Source: an uncultured Dictyoglomota bacterium (lineage in GTDB: Bacteria; Dictyoglomota; Dictyoglomia; Dictyoglomales; Dictyoglomaceae). Taken from it: 45,631 bases of DNA. Below, one piece after another: positions 19,279-29,687 of this stretch. Position 1 is the stretch's first letter; each line of letters opens with the position of its first letter. The notes under the pieces were generated by a model. It ran no database searches. It saw only the letters and a list, made by a program, of their open reading frames with translations, and had not been told where the DNA came from. The stretch covers positions 1 to 45,631 of the forward strand of contig CAZZIO010000044.1 in NCBI GenBank assembly GCA_964654465.1, read 5' to 3'. The position numbers were made by a program, and so were the translations under genes.

Positions 19279-21081
19279 ATGCGAGATATAACTAAGATAA
19301 GAAATTTTAGCATTATTGCACATGTAGATCATGGTAAATCTACATTAGCAGACAGACTTTTAGAGTTTACAGGAGCTATTGATAAGAGAAAGATGAGAGA
19401 TCAATTATTAGATACTCTAGAAATTGAGAGAGAAAGGGGAATCACGGTAAAAGCTCAAGCGGTAAGGTTTTTTTATAAGGCCAAAGATAAAGAAACCTAT
19501 GAATTCAATTTAATTGACACACCTGGTCATGTGGACTTTACTTATGAAGTATCAAGGAGTTTGGCGGCTTGTGAAGGTGCAATTTTAGTTGTAGATGCCT
19601 CTCAAGGAATAGAAGCCCAAACGATAAATAATCTTCTTCTAGCCCTTGAGAATAATCTGGCCATAATTCCTGTTATAAATAAGATAGATCTTCTAAATAC
19701 AGAACCTCAAAAGGTAGCTGAAGAGATCAAGGAACTTCTTGGGAGGGATTATATAGGAGAAACTTTTTTTGTAAGTGCTAAGGAAGGCTGGGGAATTGAG
19801 GAATTATTGGAGGGTATTGTTAAATATATACCACATCCAAAGGGAGATATTAATGCTCCCTTAAAAGCATTGATTTTTGATGCTAAATATGATCCATACA
19901 GAGGTGTTGTAGTCTATGTAAGAGTCTTTAGCGGAATGGTAAAGGTAGGGGATAAAATAAAATTCATGTCTAATAACGTGGAATATGAGGTGCAAGAAGT
20001 AGGAGTATTTACTCCTGATATGGTAAAGGTGGAAAGTCTTCTTTCAGGAGAAGTTGGATATATTATTGCTAATGTAAAGAATATTTCAGAGGCCAGAGTA
20101 GGAGATACAATTACAAAAACTGATAATCCAGCAAATTTACCTTTGCCTGGTTATAGAAAATTACAACCTATGGTTTTTTGTGGGGTCTATCCAATTGAGA
20201 ATGAAGATTATGAGAAATTAAGGGATGCCTTACAAAAACTAAGTCTAAATGATGCTTCTTTATATTATGAACCTGAAAGTTCGCCTGCTCTTGGTTTTGG
20301 TTTTAGATGTGGTTTTTTAGGACTTTTACATTTGGAAATTATACAGGAAAGATTAGAAAGAGAGTTTGATTTAAATATAATTACTACTGTACCTTCTGTA
20401 GCTTATGAAGTAATTACGAAAAAAGGAGAGAAAAAAATTATTCAGAATCCTTTGGATTTACCTCCTCCATATGAAATCTCTGAGTTTAGAGAACCATTTG
20501 TAATAGCAAGCATTGTAACACCTAATGAATATGTTGGGTCAGTTATGGAATTGATTGATAGAAGAAGAGGAGAATTTAAGGGTATGGATTATCTTACTAT
20601 TAATCGTGTGTTAATTACTGCTGAGATCCCTCTTTCTGAGATTATAACTGACTTTTTCAATATATTAAAATCTGTTACCCGTGGGTATGGATCATTAAGT
20701 TATGAGCTGATTGGATATAAAAATAGTGAGTTAGTAAAATTAGATGTATATATCAATGGGAAACCAGTAGATGCACTTTCTCTTATCGCACATAAAGGAA
20801 AGGCTTATGAAGAAGCAAGAAAATTGGCACAGAAGTTGAGAGAAGTTATACCACGTCAACTTTTTGAGGTAGTAATACAAGTGGGTATTGGGAGTAAGAT
20901 TATAGCTCGTGAAGAGATAAAGCCTTTAAGAAAAAATGTTCTTCAAAAATGTTACGGTGGAGATGTAACAAGAAAAAAGAAACTTTTAGAAAAGCAAAAG
21001 GAAGGTAAAAAGAGAATGAAGAAAATAGGTCATGTAGAAATACCTCAAGAAGCTTTTTGGACTGTATTAAAGAGGGATTAG
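19279..21081 (+). CDS. lepA: Translation elongation factor 4 (LepA)
   Basis: [52 protein letters not shown] 19279 follows GGAGGAGG SD. Confidence 0.99.
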   Translation: MRDITKIRNFSIIAHVDHGKSTLADRLLEFTGAIDKRKMRDQLLDTLEIERERGITVKAQAVRFFYKAKDKETYEFNLIDTPGHVDFTYEVSRSLAACEGAILVVDASQGIEAQTINNLLLALENNLAIIPVINKIDLLNTEPQKVAEEIKELLGRDYIGETFFVSAKEGWGIEELLEGIVKYIPHPKGDINAPLKALIFDAKYDPYRGVVVYVRVFSGMVKVGDKIKFMSNNVEYEVQEVGVFTPDMVKVESLLSGEVGYIIANVKNISEARVGDTITKTDNPANLPLPGYRKLQPMVFCGVYPIENEDYEKLRDALQKLSLNDASLYYEPESSPALGFGFRCGFLGLLHLEIIQERLEREFDLNIITTVPSVAYEVITKKGEKKIIQNPLDLPPPYEISEFREPFVIASIVTPNEYVGSVMELIDRRRGEFKGMDYLTINRVLITAEIPLSEIITDFFNILKSVTRGYGSLSYELIGYKNSELVKLDVYINGKPVDALSLIAHKGKAYEEARKLAQKLREVIPRQLFEVVIQVGIGSKIIAREEIKPLRKNVLQKCYGGDVTRKKKLLEKQKEGKKRMKKIGHVEIPQEAFWTVLKRD

Positions 21082-21086
21082 GAATT

Positions 21087-21845
21087 ATGGAAAGCTTAAG
21101 AATACTTATAACAAATGATGATGGAATAAATTCACCTGCTTTAGAAATTATGAGCAAAAGACTAAAAGATATAGGAGAGGTTTATATTATTGTACCTGAA
21201 AGAGAGAGAAGTGGAGGAAGTCATGCTATTACTCTTCATAAGCCTTTAAGAGTTAATGAGGTAACATGGAAAATTACAAATATTAAGTGCTGGACTACTA
21301 ATGGTAATCCTGCAGATTGTATTCTTTTAGGGCTTTATGCTTTACTTCCTGACTTCCCTTCCGTTGTTATATCTGGGATAAATAAGGGATATAACTTAGG
21401 AACTGATATTATTTATTCTGGTACAGTTTCTGGGGCAAGGGAAGCATCTCTTAATGGTATACCTGCTATTTCCATTTCTGTATCTCATGAAGGAGAAGAG
21501 GAAGATTATGAAAAGGCTGTAGAGTTCTTAATGAAATATATACACTTATTTTTAGGGATATTACCTAAGGATGTTTTCTTGAATATAAATGTACCACCTA
21601 AAGCTGATATTTCAAATATTTTTGTAACTTACCAGGGTAAGTTTCATTATAGGAATAGAGTAGAAAAAAGATATGACCCCAGAAATAAAGAGTATTATTG
21701 GCTTCATGGCGAAATAGAAAAGCAAGCAGAAGAAGGTTCTGATATCTGGGCAATCAATCATGGGATGATTTCTATCACTCCTCTTCACTCTAACATGACT
21801 TATTTTCCATTAATAGAAATAATTAAAAAGCTTATAACTGAATAA
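21087..21845 (+). CDS. surE: 5'/3'-nucleotidase SurE
   Basis: ILITNDDG, SGGSHAIT, GNPADC, SGINKG.N, YSGTV; ATG 21087 preferred to 21057. Confidence 0.96.
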   Translation: MESLRILITNDDGINSPALEIMSKRLKDIGEVYIIVPERERSGGSHAITLHKPLRVNEVTWKITNIKCWTTNGNPADCILLGLYALLPDFPSVVISGINKGYNLGTDIIYSGTVSGAREASLNGIPAISISVSHEGEEEDYEKAVEFLMKYIHLFLGILPKDVFLNINVPPKADISNIFVTYQGKFHYRNRVEKRYDPRNKEYYWLHGEIEKQAEEGSDIWAINHGMISITPLHSNMTYFPLIEIIKKLITE

Positions 21846-21851
21846 ATATTT

Positions 21852-22976
21852 ATGAAAACTATAGGAGTATATATTCATTATCCTTTTTGTGTGAAAAAGT
21901 GTCCTTATTGTGATTTTACCTCTTTTGTTTATTCTATTAAGGAAGAAGAAAGATATCTGGAATATATTTCTAAAGAGATACAACTTAAGGCTGAAGGAGA
22001 GATTGTAGATACGATATATTTCGGTGGTGGAACGCCATCTTTAATGTCTCTAAAGGTATTGAATTCGATTTTTGAGAGTATTAATAAAAATTATAGGATA
22101 AGAAAAGATGCAGAGATAACAATAGAAGTCAATCCTGGTACTATAGACAAGAAGAAATTAAGTTTTTGGAAGAATATAGGAATTAATAGAATAAGTATAG
22201 GAGCTCAATCATTCATAGATGAAGAATTATTCATTTTAGGAAGGATTCATACTGTTTCAGATACGTTAAAAACATTTTTTTTATTGAGAGAATATGGTTT
22301 TGATAATATAAATTTTGATCTTATTTACTCTATACCTTTTCAGAACCCTAATAACTTTTATAAGTCCTTAGATTTTACCCTTTCACTAAATCCCGAGCAT
22401 ATCTCTATATATAATCTTATAATAGAGGAAGGTACATTATTTTATGAAGGATATATAAAGGGGGAATTTACTTTACCTGATAATGATGAAGAAGCCAATA
22501 TGTATGCGTATGCAATGAATCTATTAGAAGAAGTAGGTTTTATCCATTATGAGATCTCTAATTTTGCACGAAACATTAATCTAAAATGTAGACATAATTT
22601 GAAGTATTGGAATCAAGATGAATATCATGGATATGGTGTATCAGCTTATTCTTTTACTAATCACATAAGGTATGGAAATTACAAAAATCTTTTTGTATAC
22701 TATGAGAAAATAAATAATGGTGAATTGCCGATTGAAAATATAGAAATTTTAAATGATGAAACTTATCCTAAGGATTATCTTTTTGTAAAGCTAAGGCTTA
22801 TGGAAGGAATTTCTGAAAAGGAGTTTTTTGAAAAATTTGGAAAAAAAATATCAGATTATATTCCAAATCTCTCTCTTTTTTTGAAGAAAGGCCTTATAAA
22901 GAGAAAAAATGATAGAATATGTCTGACTAAAAAAGGAGTATTACTTGCAAATGAAATATTCAAAGATATACTTTGA
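21852..22976 (+). CDS. hemW: Radical SAM heme chaperone HemW
   Basis: H.PFCVKKCPYCDF, GGGTPS, YEISNFA, HNxxYW motif; near lepA. Confidence 0.92.
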   Translation: MKTIGVYIHYPFCVKKCPYCDFTSFVYSIKEEERYLEYISKEIQLKAEGEIVDTIYFGGGTPSLMSLKVLNSIFESINKNYRIRKDAEITIEVNPGTIDKKKLSFWKNIGINRISIGAQSFIDEELFILGRIHTVSDTLKTFFLLREYGFDNINFDLIYSIPFQNPNNFYKSLDFTLSLNPEHISIYNLIIEEGTLFYEGYIKGEFTLPDNDEEANMYAYAMNLLEEVGFIHYEISNFARNINLKCRHNLKYWNQDEYHGYGVSAYSFTNHIRYGNYKNLFVYYEKINNGELPIENIEILNDETYPKDYLFVKLRLMEGISEKEFFEKFGKKISDYIPNLSLFLKKGLIKRKNDRICLTKKGVLLANEIFKDIL

Positions 22977-22993
22977 GGAGGTTGCTGATACAT

Positions 22994-23590
22994 ATGAAAA
23001 AGCCTATAAGAGTATTAATAGCAGAAGATGAACCTATAGTTAAAATGGATATAAAAGAGATTTTAGAAGGACAGGGTTATGAAGTGGTAGGAGAAGCTTC
23101 AGACGGTCAGCTAGCTGTAGAACTTGCAAGAAAATTGAAGCCAGATGTGATAATTATGGATATTAGAATGCCTAATTTAGATGGTATTGAGGCAGCTAAG
23201 ATATTAACTCAAGAGGAAATTGCTCCCATAATTTTTCTTACTGCCTATTCAGATAAAGAATTAGTAGAAAAAGCAAAAGAGGTTGGAGTTATATCTTATA
23301 TTGTAAAACCTTTTAAAGAATCTGATCTTTTTCCAGCTATTGAAATAGCTATTGCAAGATTTAAAGAATTTCAACTTTTAAGAAAGGAAGTAGAAGACCT
23401 AAAAGATGCTCTTGAGACAAGAAAGCTTGTAGATAGAGCAAAAGGATTGCTTATGGATAGAGAAGGTTTAAAAGAGCATGAAGCTTTTAGATTAATTCAG
23501 AAAGCCAGTATGGACAAAAGAAAACCTATGAAAGAGATAGCTCAAGCTATTATATTAGCCTACGAATTAAAAGATAAGAAGGAAAAATGA
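22994..23590 (+). CDS. Response regulator with ANTAR RNA-binding output (PdtaR/EutV/NasT type)
   Basis: REC domain (AEDE, MDIRMP, TAY, KP) plus ANTAR (LETRKLVDRAKGLLM...EAFRLIQKASMD); ATG 22994 follows AGGAGG. Confidence 0.94.
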   Translation: MKKPIRVLIAEDEPIVKMDIKEILEGQGYEVVGEASDGQLAVELARKLKPDVIIMDIRMPNLDGIEAAKILTQEEIAPIIFLTAYSDKELVEKAKEVGVISYIVKPFKESDLFPAIEIAIARFKEFQLLRKEVEDLKDALETRKLVDRAKGLLMDREGLKEHEAFRLIQKASMDKRKPMKEIAQAIILAYELKDKKEK

Positions 23591-24615
23591 ACATATTAAT
23601 ATCTTTTACTTTATCTTTAATTATTTCTTTAATAGTTACACCTTGGATAAGAAGGAAAGCCTTTATAATAGGTGGAATAGATATTCCTACAGATAGAAAA
23701 GTTCATAATAAACCTATTCCAAGAATTGGTGGTGTTTCATTTTTCTTAGGAGTTTTAATAGTAAACATTCTTTTTAATAGGTCTCTTATTGTAGAGAGGA
23801 TATTAATGGGGGGAACATTAGTATTTTTAGTAGGATTATTAGATGATTTTGTGGAATTAAAACCAGCCCCCAAATTTTCTCTTACATTTATAGCTATACT
23901 TATGGCAGTTATATTGGGAGTTAGAGTAGATTTGTGGAGGATTCCTTATACAGGAATAATAATAAAGGGTTTTTGGGCTCATTTAATATCATTTATATGG
24001 CTTTTAGGTATTGCAAATGCCATGAATTTTATAGATGGTCTTGATGGTCTTGCTGGAGGAGTATCAGCAATATCTTCTTTCTCTTTACTCATTATTTCTT
24101 TACTTTTGGGAAGATTGGAGATGGCATTTTTATTGGCAAGTATTTTGGGAGGTGTATTAGGATTCTTATTTTTCAATTTTCCACCTGCTTCTATTATTAT
24201 GGGAGATTCAGGGGCAATGTTTTTAGGTTTTATATTAGGAGCCATATCTATAGTGGGAGTCTTAAAAATAAGTACAATTATTAATTTGTTTATTCCAATT
24301 CTTGTTATGGGATTTCCAGTTCTTGACACAGCTTTTTCTATTGTGAGAAGACTAATTGAAGGTAGGGCACCTTGGAAGTTTGATAAGGATCATATACATC
24401 ATAGGTTTTTGAAGATTGGTATGACAACAGAGCAAAGTATTGCTTTTATTTATTTATTTACCATTTGTATGTCTTTAGTGGCGATACTAATTTCTTTAAT
24501 CCAGGATCCTTATATATCAGCTCTTCTTGTGTTTGGAACTTTATTTTTAATATTATTTATACTGAAAAAGTTAGGAGTTTTAGAGATAAGGAGAAATGGC
24601 GATGGAAAAGTATGA
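23587..24615 (+). CDS. Undecaprenyl-phosphate GlcNAc-1-phosphate transferase (WecA/TagO, MraY superfamily)
   Basis: [44 protein letters not shown]. Confidence 0.92.
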   Translation: MNILISFTLSLIISLIVTPWIRRKAFIIGGIDIPTDRKVHNKPIPRIGGVSFFLGVLIVNILFNRSLIVERILMGGTLVFLVGLLDDFVELKPAPKFSLTFIAILMAVILGVRVDLWRIPYTGIIIKGFWAHLISFIWLLGIANAMNFIDGLDGLAGGVSAISSFSLLIISLLLGRLEMAFLLASILGGVLGFLFFNFPPASIIMGDSGAMFLGFILGAISIVGVLKISTIINLFIPILVMGFPVLDTAFSIVRRLIEGRAPWKFDKDHIHHRFLKIGMTTEQSIAFIYLFTICMSLVAILISLIQDPYISALLVFGTLFLILFILKKLGVLEIRRNGDGKV

Positions 24616-26461
24616 TGTCATTGTAGTAGGTGGTGGTCATGCAGGATGTGAGGCTGCCTATGCAGCCTCTCGTCTTGGTGTTAAAACTCTTTTGATTACT
24701 ATGAATTATGATACCTTGGGATGGCTTCCTTGCAATCCAGCTATGGGGGGTCCTGGGAAGGGTCACCTAATATTGGAAATAGATGCTTTGGGTGGTGCCA
24801 TAGGAAGAATAACAAATAGAAGTATGATTCAAGTAAAATGGCTAAATACTTCTAAGGGTCCAGCAGTAAGGGCTCTTAGGGCACAGGTAGATAAATGGCT
24901 TTATCCTATAAAGATGAGAGAATTTCTTGAAAAGCAGAAAAATTTAGATGTCTATCAAGGAGAAGTTATAGATCTAATTGTAGAAAATGATGAAGTAAAA
25001 GGTGTAGTTTTATCAACTAAAAAAGAGTTTTATGCTGAAAGAGTTGTTATTACCCCTGGTACTTTTATGAATGGTGTTATCCATATAAGTACCTGGTCTA
25101 AGCCAGCAGGAAGAATGGGAGAATTTCCCTCTATAGGTCTTTCTGATGCTCTTAGGAGATTAGGCTTAGAAGTAGGAAGATTTAATACAGGCACTACTCC
25201 TCGAGTAGATAAAAGAACTATTGATTTTAGTAAGACCATACCTCAACCAGGAGATGAAGAACTTCATTCTTTTTCTTTCTGGGAAGAGCCAGAACCAAGA
25301 GAGCAAGTTTTATCATATTTAACTAGAACCACCCAAAAGACGAAAGAAATAGTACTTAATAATATTCATCTAACAGCCTCTCGAATTGGGGGGATGGTAA
25401 AAAAAGGACCGAGATACTGTCCATCTATAGAGGAAAAATATGTGTGGTTTCCTCATCATGAAACTCACCAAGTTTTTCTTGAGCCAGAAGGAAAAAACTC
25501 GGTAGAGATTTATGTACAAGGAATATATACAAGTTTGCCAGAGGAAATTCAAATCCAAATTTTAAGAAGTATTCCAGGCTTAGAGGAGGTTGAACTTATA
25601 AGGCCTGGATATGCTATAGCTTATGATTTTGTATATCCTCAACAGTTAAAGATTACTCTTGAAACAAAGAAAATAAAAGGTTTATATTTGGCGGGTCAAA
25701 TAAATGGTACTACTGGCTATGAAGAAGCTGCCGCACAAGGATTAATTGCAGGAGCTAATGCTGCGTTAAGTCTATTAGGAAGAGAACCACTTATTGTAAG
25801 AAGAGACGAAGGATATATAGGGGTACTTATAGATGATCTTGTAATAAAGGGTGTGGATGAGCCATATAGAATTTTAACATCAAGAGCAGAATATAGATTA
25901 CTCTTAAGATCTGATAATGCAGATCAAAGACTTACTCCCAAGGCTTACAAGTTAGGTCTAATAGATGAAGATATGTGGAAAATGTTTCAAGAAAAAATGG
26001 AAAAATTAAGGCTTGAAAGGAAGAGACTTGAAAAAACATCGGTAGATCCTAATGAAATTAATGACTTATTAATAGAAAAGGGTACTAATCCTATAGAACA
26101 GTCGATTCCTCTTATCCAGATATTGAAAAGACCTGAAATAACCTATGATGATTTGGAAAAAATAGGTCTTTCTGGAGATTTACCAAAAAAGTGGAGAAGC
26201 ATAATAGAAATAGATATTAAATATGAAGGATACATACAAAAAGAACTCCAAAAGATTAGAGAATTTCAGGAATATGAAGATTTAGTGATTCCTCCTGATA
26301 TAAATTATGACGAAATACCGCATCTTTCTCGAGAAGGAAAAGAAAAGCTTGAAAAAGTAAGACCAACTACTTTTGGACAAGCTCAGAGAATTACAGGAGT
26401 AAACGCTGGTGATCTTACTATACTTTTGTATTATTTAAGGCAGAAATATGCAAGAAGGTAA
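24602..26461 (+). CDS. mnmG: tRNA U34 5-carboxymethylaminomethyl modification enzyme MnmG (GidA)
   Basis: [58 protein letters not shown]; start 24602 or 24596. Confidence 0.98.
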   Translation: MEKYDVIVVGGGHAGCEAAYAASRLGVKTLLITMNYDTLGWLPCNPAMGGPGKGHLILEIDALGGAIGRITNRSMIQVKWLNTSKGPAVRALRAQVDKWLYPIKMREFLEKQKNLDVYQGEVIDLIVENDEVKGVVLSTKKEFYAERVVITPGTFMNGVIHISTWSKPAGRMGEFPSIGLSDALRRLGLEVGRFNTGTTPRVDKRTIDFSKTIPQPGDEELHSFSFWEEPEPREQVLSYLTRTTQKTKEIVLNNIHLTASRIGGMVKKGPRYCPSIEEKYVWFPHHETHQVFLEPEGKNSVEIYVQGIYTSLPEEIQIQILRSIPGLEEVELIRPGYAIAYDFVYPQQLKITLETKKIKGLYLAGQINGTTGYEEAAAQGLIAGANAALSLLGREPLIVRRDEGYIGVLIDDLVIKGVDEPYRILTSRAEYRLLLRSDNADQRLTPKAYKLGLIDEDMWKMFQEKMEKLRLERKRLEKTSVDPNEINDLLIEKGTNPIEQSIPLIQILKRPEITYDDLEKIGLSGDLPKKWRSIIEIDIKYEGYIQKELQKIREFQEYEDLVIPPDINYDEIPHLSREGKEKLEKVRPTTFGQAQRITGVNAGDLTILLYYLRQKYARR

Positions 26462-27209
26462 AGATTGGAGAGATCAATATTTTGGTAGAGATTATTATCA
26501 ATATCTTGCTAAACATCTAACTCCAGAGCGTACAAAAAGGGAAGTGGATTTTTTAGAATCTGTACTAAGCTTAAAAAGGGGATCTTTAATATTAGATCTT
26601 GGTTGCGGATTTGGAAGACATACTTTAGAACTTGGCAAAAGAGGATACAGAACAATTGGAATAGATCGTTCATCTGAACTTATTGAGATAGCAAAAGAAA
26701 ATGCTAAAAAAGAAAAAGTTTTTAATGTGGAATTTTATGTGATGGAATACAAAGATATTGATAAGCTTGACTATAAATTTGACATCGTATTTTCTCTTTA
26801 TACCAGTTTTGGACTCTCCACATATGAGGAAGATAAAGAGACTCTTAATAAGGTATATCAAGTGTTAAAAAGGGATGGTAGATTTCTTATAGATATTGAA
26901 AATAGAGATGCCCTTCTTAAATATTTTATTCCATACTCTTGGGATCTTTTTGGGGAGGATTATGTTTTACTTACAGAACATTTTTTTGAGCCGGATACGG
27001 GATTTTATATATCAAACAGAATAGTTATTGATTTGAAAAACAATATTAGAAAGGAATTTGTAAGAAGAATATATCTTTATTCTCCTTCAGAGATTATACA
27101 TCTTTTTAAAGAGAGCGGATTTCATGTAGATAGGCTTATGGGAGATTATGAAGGTCGTAAATTTCATATTGGATCAAGAAGATTAATAATATTGGCAATT
27201 AAAAAATAA
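26448..27209 (+). CDS. Class I SAM-dependent methyltransferase (not RsmG-like)
   Basis: Motif [38 protein letters not shown]. Confidence 0.9.
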   Translation: MQEGKDWRDQYFGRDYYQYLAKHLTPERTKREVDFLESVLSLKRGSLILDLGCGFGRHTLELGKRGYRTIGIDRSSELIEIAKENAKKEKVFNVEFYVMEYKDIDKLDYKFDIVFSLYTSFGLSTYEEDKETLNKVYQVLKRDGRFLIDIENRDALLKYFIPYSWDLFGEDYVLLTEHFFEPDTGFYISNRIVIDLKNNIRKEFVRRIYLYSPSEIIHLFKESGFHVDRLMGDYEGRKFHIGSRRLIILAIKK

Positions 27210-27235
27210 AGGGGGAGAAATTATTCTTCCCCCTT
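27201..27235 (-). terminator. Intrinsic terminator at convergent methyltransferase / zinc-ribbon junction
   Basis: AAGGGGGAGAA / TTCTTCCCCCTT stem (one bulge) with TTTATTTTTT tail on the minus strand; may be bidirectional. Confidence 0.65.
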
Positions 27236-27448
27236 ACTATCACTAGATTTTTCGCTAGAATTAGAAGATTTTTTCTTATAATCTGTAGTATAAAATCCTG
27301 ATCCTTTAAAGACAATTCCTACAGGTGAAAAGATTTTTCTTAAGTTGCCACCACATTTTATACAAGTTTTTGGGGGTTCTTCTCCAAGGTTTGTCATAAT
27401 CTCGTATCTTTCATGACATCTTTCGCATTCATATTCATAGATAGGCAT
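27221..27448 (-). CDS. FmdB family zinc-ribbon protein
   Basis: MPIYEYECERC...CIKCGG...FKGSGFYTTDY, Ser/Lys-rich tail; SD AAGGAGGTGA upstream of ATG 27448. Confidence 0.92.
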   Translation of the reverse strand: MPIYEYECERCHERYEIMTNLGEEPPKTCIKCGGNLRKIFSPVGIVFKGSGFYTTDYKKKSSNSSEKSSDSKGEE

Positions 27449-27612
27449 TACTTTCACCTCCTTAGTATAATTATTTAAACTTTCTTTTTAAGGTTCACCA
27501 TTTCATATTTTTAAATCTTAAGATATTTATTGTCAAGAAGTCTTATTTTAATGTAAAATGTATTAGTGTGAAACTTTTTAATTTAGTTTAAATTTAAAGG
27601 AGTGGCTTAATT

Positions 27613-28191
27613 ATGAAAAAGGTTATTTTTTGTTTTTTAATATTTACTATATTAATAATTAGCGGTTGTATAAAACCCGTAAATATATCCCCTCAAATTA
27701 CATCCAAAGGGGGAGTAGAAGCACGCGTTGATATTATTAGGGATTCAAGATGGTATAATCTTTCAGAGGATATTTTGGTTATAAACCTGGAAATAGTGAA
27801 TAACTCTTCAGAAAATATTTGGGTTTATCCACTAGGAAAATCTGTGATTATAGATCAAACCGGAAAACAATTTTCACCAATAAGAGAGATATATTATCAA
27901 CCCTCCACAACCCCAAAAGTATCTTTTGAAGTTTCATTTGGGACAAACCAACCTCCGACTTTTTCTTTCAGTATAAGTTCTTCTAATAAAGAAAAATCTT
28001 TGGAAGAAATTATAAAAAGTTATGAACTTTTAAAGTTTAAGGATGGGAGAATTTTTGCAGGTGCAAGAGTAAGTGGTTTGATAGCTTTTCATTTACCTTA
28101 TTGTAAATTCCCCGCAAGATTTATCATTCCTGATGTTCTTTTTGAAACAACAATGAGGAAAATAAATTTTGAATTTATATTAGTAAGATAA
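27613..28191 (+). CDS. Lipoprotein of unknown function (beta-rich, possibly DUF4352-like)
   Basis: Signal peptide II with lipobox ISG-C; INLEIVNNS, IIDQTGKQF, SGLIAF patterns. Confidence 0.75.
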   Translation: MKKVIFCFLIFTILIISGCIKPVNISPQITSKGGVEARVDIIRDSRWYNLSEDILVINLEIVNNSSENIWVYPLGKSVIIDQTGKQFSPIREIYYQPSTTPKVSFEVSFGTNQPPTFSFSISSSNKEKSLEEIIKSYELLKFKDGRIFAGARVSGLIAFHLPYCKFPARFIIPDVLFETTMRKINFEFILVR

Positions 28192-28203
28192 AGGAGGTTG
28201 AAG

Positions 28204-29166
28204 ATGCGAAAAGCTATAGGTGTTGATTTAGGTGGTACTAAAATAAATGTACTTCTGGTTAATGAAAAGGGTGAGATAATCTCAAGAGATAAACAACCCA
28301 CTGAGTCTGAAAAAGGAAGAGACTATGTAATTCGAAAGATTAAAAACATGATAAATAAAGTACTTGTTGAAGCAAATATTAAAATTAATGATATGGAGGG
28401 TATAGGTGTAGGGTTTCCAGGTATTATGGATAGAGAAAAGAAAACAACCTTATATGCTCCTAATTTAGGTGAAGAATGGAAAAGGGAAGTACCTCTAGGA
28501 GAAGAACTGGAGAATTATTTTAAGGTGCCTGTATTTTTGGAAAATGATGTAAATTTAGTGGCTTGGGCAGAATGGCTTGTGGGGGCAGGAAGAGGGACTA
28601 AAACAATGATATCTATCGCGATTGGAACAGGGATTGGTTCTGGTATAGTGTTAAATGGTAAATTATGGATTGGAGCACATGGAATGGCTGGTGAATTTGG
28701 GCATACTACGGTAATTCCCGATGGGCCTATTTGTGGTTGTGGAAATAAAGGGTGTATTGAAGCAATTGCCTCGGGAAGTGGTATAGAAAGATATGCAAAA
28801 TCTATTATTCCAGATAATAAGGATAGTCTTATATGGAATTTAGTAAATGGAGATGTAGATAAAGTAACTGTAAGGGTAATATACCAAGCTGCAGAAAAAG
28901 GAGATAAGTTAGCTATAGACATTTTCAATAGAGCAGGATATTATCTTGGTATAGCCTTGGCGAATTATGTTCACGTAATTGATCCTGAGAAAATAGTTGT
29001 AGGCGGTGGTGTTGCTAATGTAAGAGATTATATTGGAAAGCCTATGAGAGATGAGTTTTATAAAAGAGTTTTACCAAGCTTAAGGGATAAGATATCCTTT
29101 GCATGGGCAGAGTTAGGTGAAGATGCAGGAGGCATTGGAGCAGCTTTATTTGTGTTATATAGGTGA
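28204..29166 (+). CDS. ROK family sugar kinase (glucokinase-like)
   Basis: GVDLGGT, ENDVN, GTGIGSG, GEFGH, CGCGNKGCIE zinc motif, no HTH; ATG 28204 after AGGAGG. Confidence 0.94.
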   Translation: MRKAIGVDLGGTKINVLLVNEKGEIISRDKQPTESEKGRDYVIRKIKNMINKVLVEANIKINDMEGIGVGFPGIMDREKKTTLYAPNLGEEWKREVPLGEELENYFKVPVFLENDVNLVAWAEWLVGAGRGTKTMISIAIGTGIGSGIVLNGKLWIGAHGMAGEFGHTTVIPDGPICGCGNKGCIEAIASGSGIERYAKSIIPDNKDSLIWNLVNGDVDKVTVRVIYQAAEKGDKLAIDIFNRAGYYLGIALANYVHVIDPEKIVVGGGVANVRDYIGKPMRDEFYKRVLPSLRDKISFAWAELGEDAGGIGAALFVLYR

Positions 29167-29173
29167 GATTAAC

Positions 29174-29683
29174 ATGTTTACTATTCCTAATTTATTGACC
29201 TTTATAAGATTTATTATTGTACCTTTTTATTTTTATTTTTTAGTTTCTAATCGTTACATGACAGCAGCAGTTCTTTATGGACTTGCTGCTGTCAGTGATA
29301 TATTGGATGGATATTTGGCAAGAAGATTGAATCAAGGTTCTGAGTTAGGGAAAATAATAGATCCAATAGCTGATAAGTTAATTGTAGGAGTAACTCTTAT
29401 ATTTTTTTCATTCAAAAGAATTTTTCCGCCAGTTCTGGTTATCATATTTGTATTAAAAGAGTTATTGATGCTTTTGGTGGGTTTGTGGTTTTTATTAAAA
29501 GGGATAAAGATAATATCTTCAAGAATGTATGGAAAGATTGCAATGGTGTTAACGTCTATATCTATATTAATGGCATTACTTCAAATACCCTTATCTGTAT
29601 CGGTTTTTGCTATTGGACTTTTCTTTTCCATATTTGCAGGCTTAGATTATTTAAACTATTACTTAAAGGTTTTGAGAAAATAA
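29174..29683 (+). CDS. pgsA: CDP-alcohol phosphatidyltransferase (PgsA-like)
   Basis: IPNLLTFIR, DILDGYLARRLNQGSELGKIIDPIADK signature; ATG 29174 after AGGTGA. Confidence 0.85.
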   Translation: MFTIPNLLTFIRFIIVPFYFYFLVSNRYMTAAVLYGLAAVSDILDGYLARRLNQGSELGKIIDPIADKLIVGVTLIFFSFKRIFPPVLVIIFVLKELLMLLVGLWFLLKGIKIISSRMYGKIAMVLTSISILMALLQIPLSVSVFAIGLFFSIFAGLDYLNYYLKVLRK

Positions 29684-29687
29684 TTTT

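Noticed and set aside
27566..27584. GTGTGAA half-site upstream of the lipoprotein as a Rex/CRP-like site
   Set aside because: The second half-site is absent
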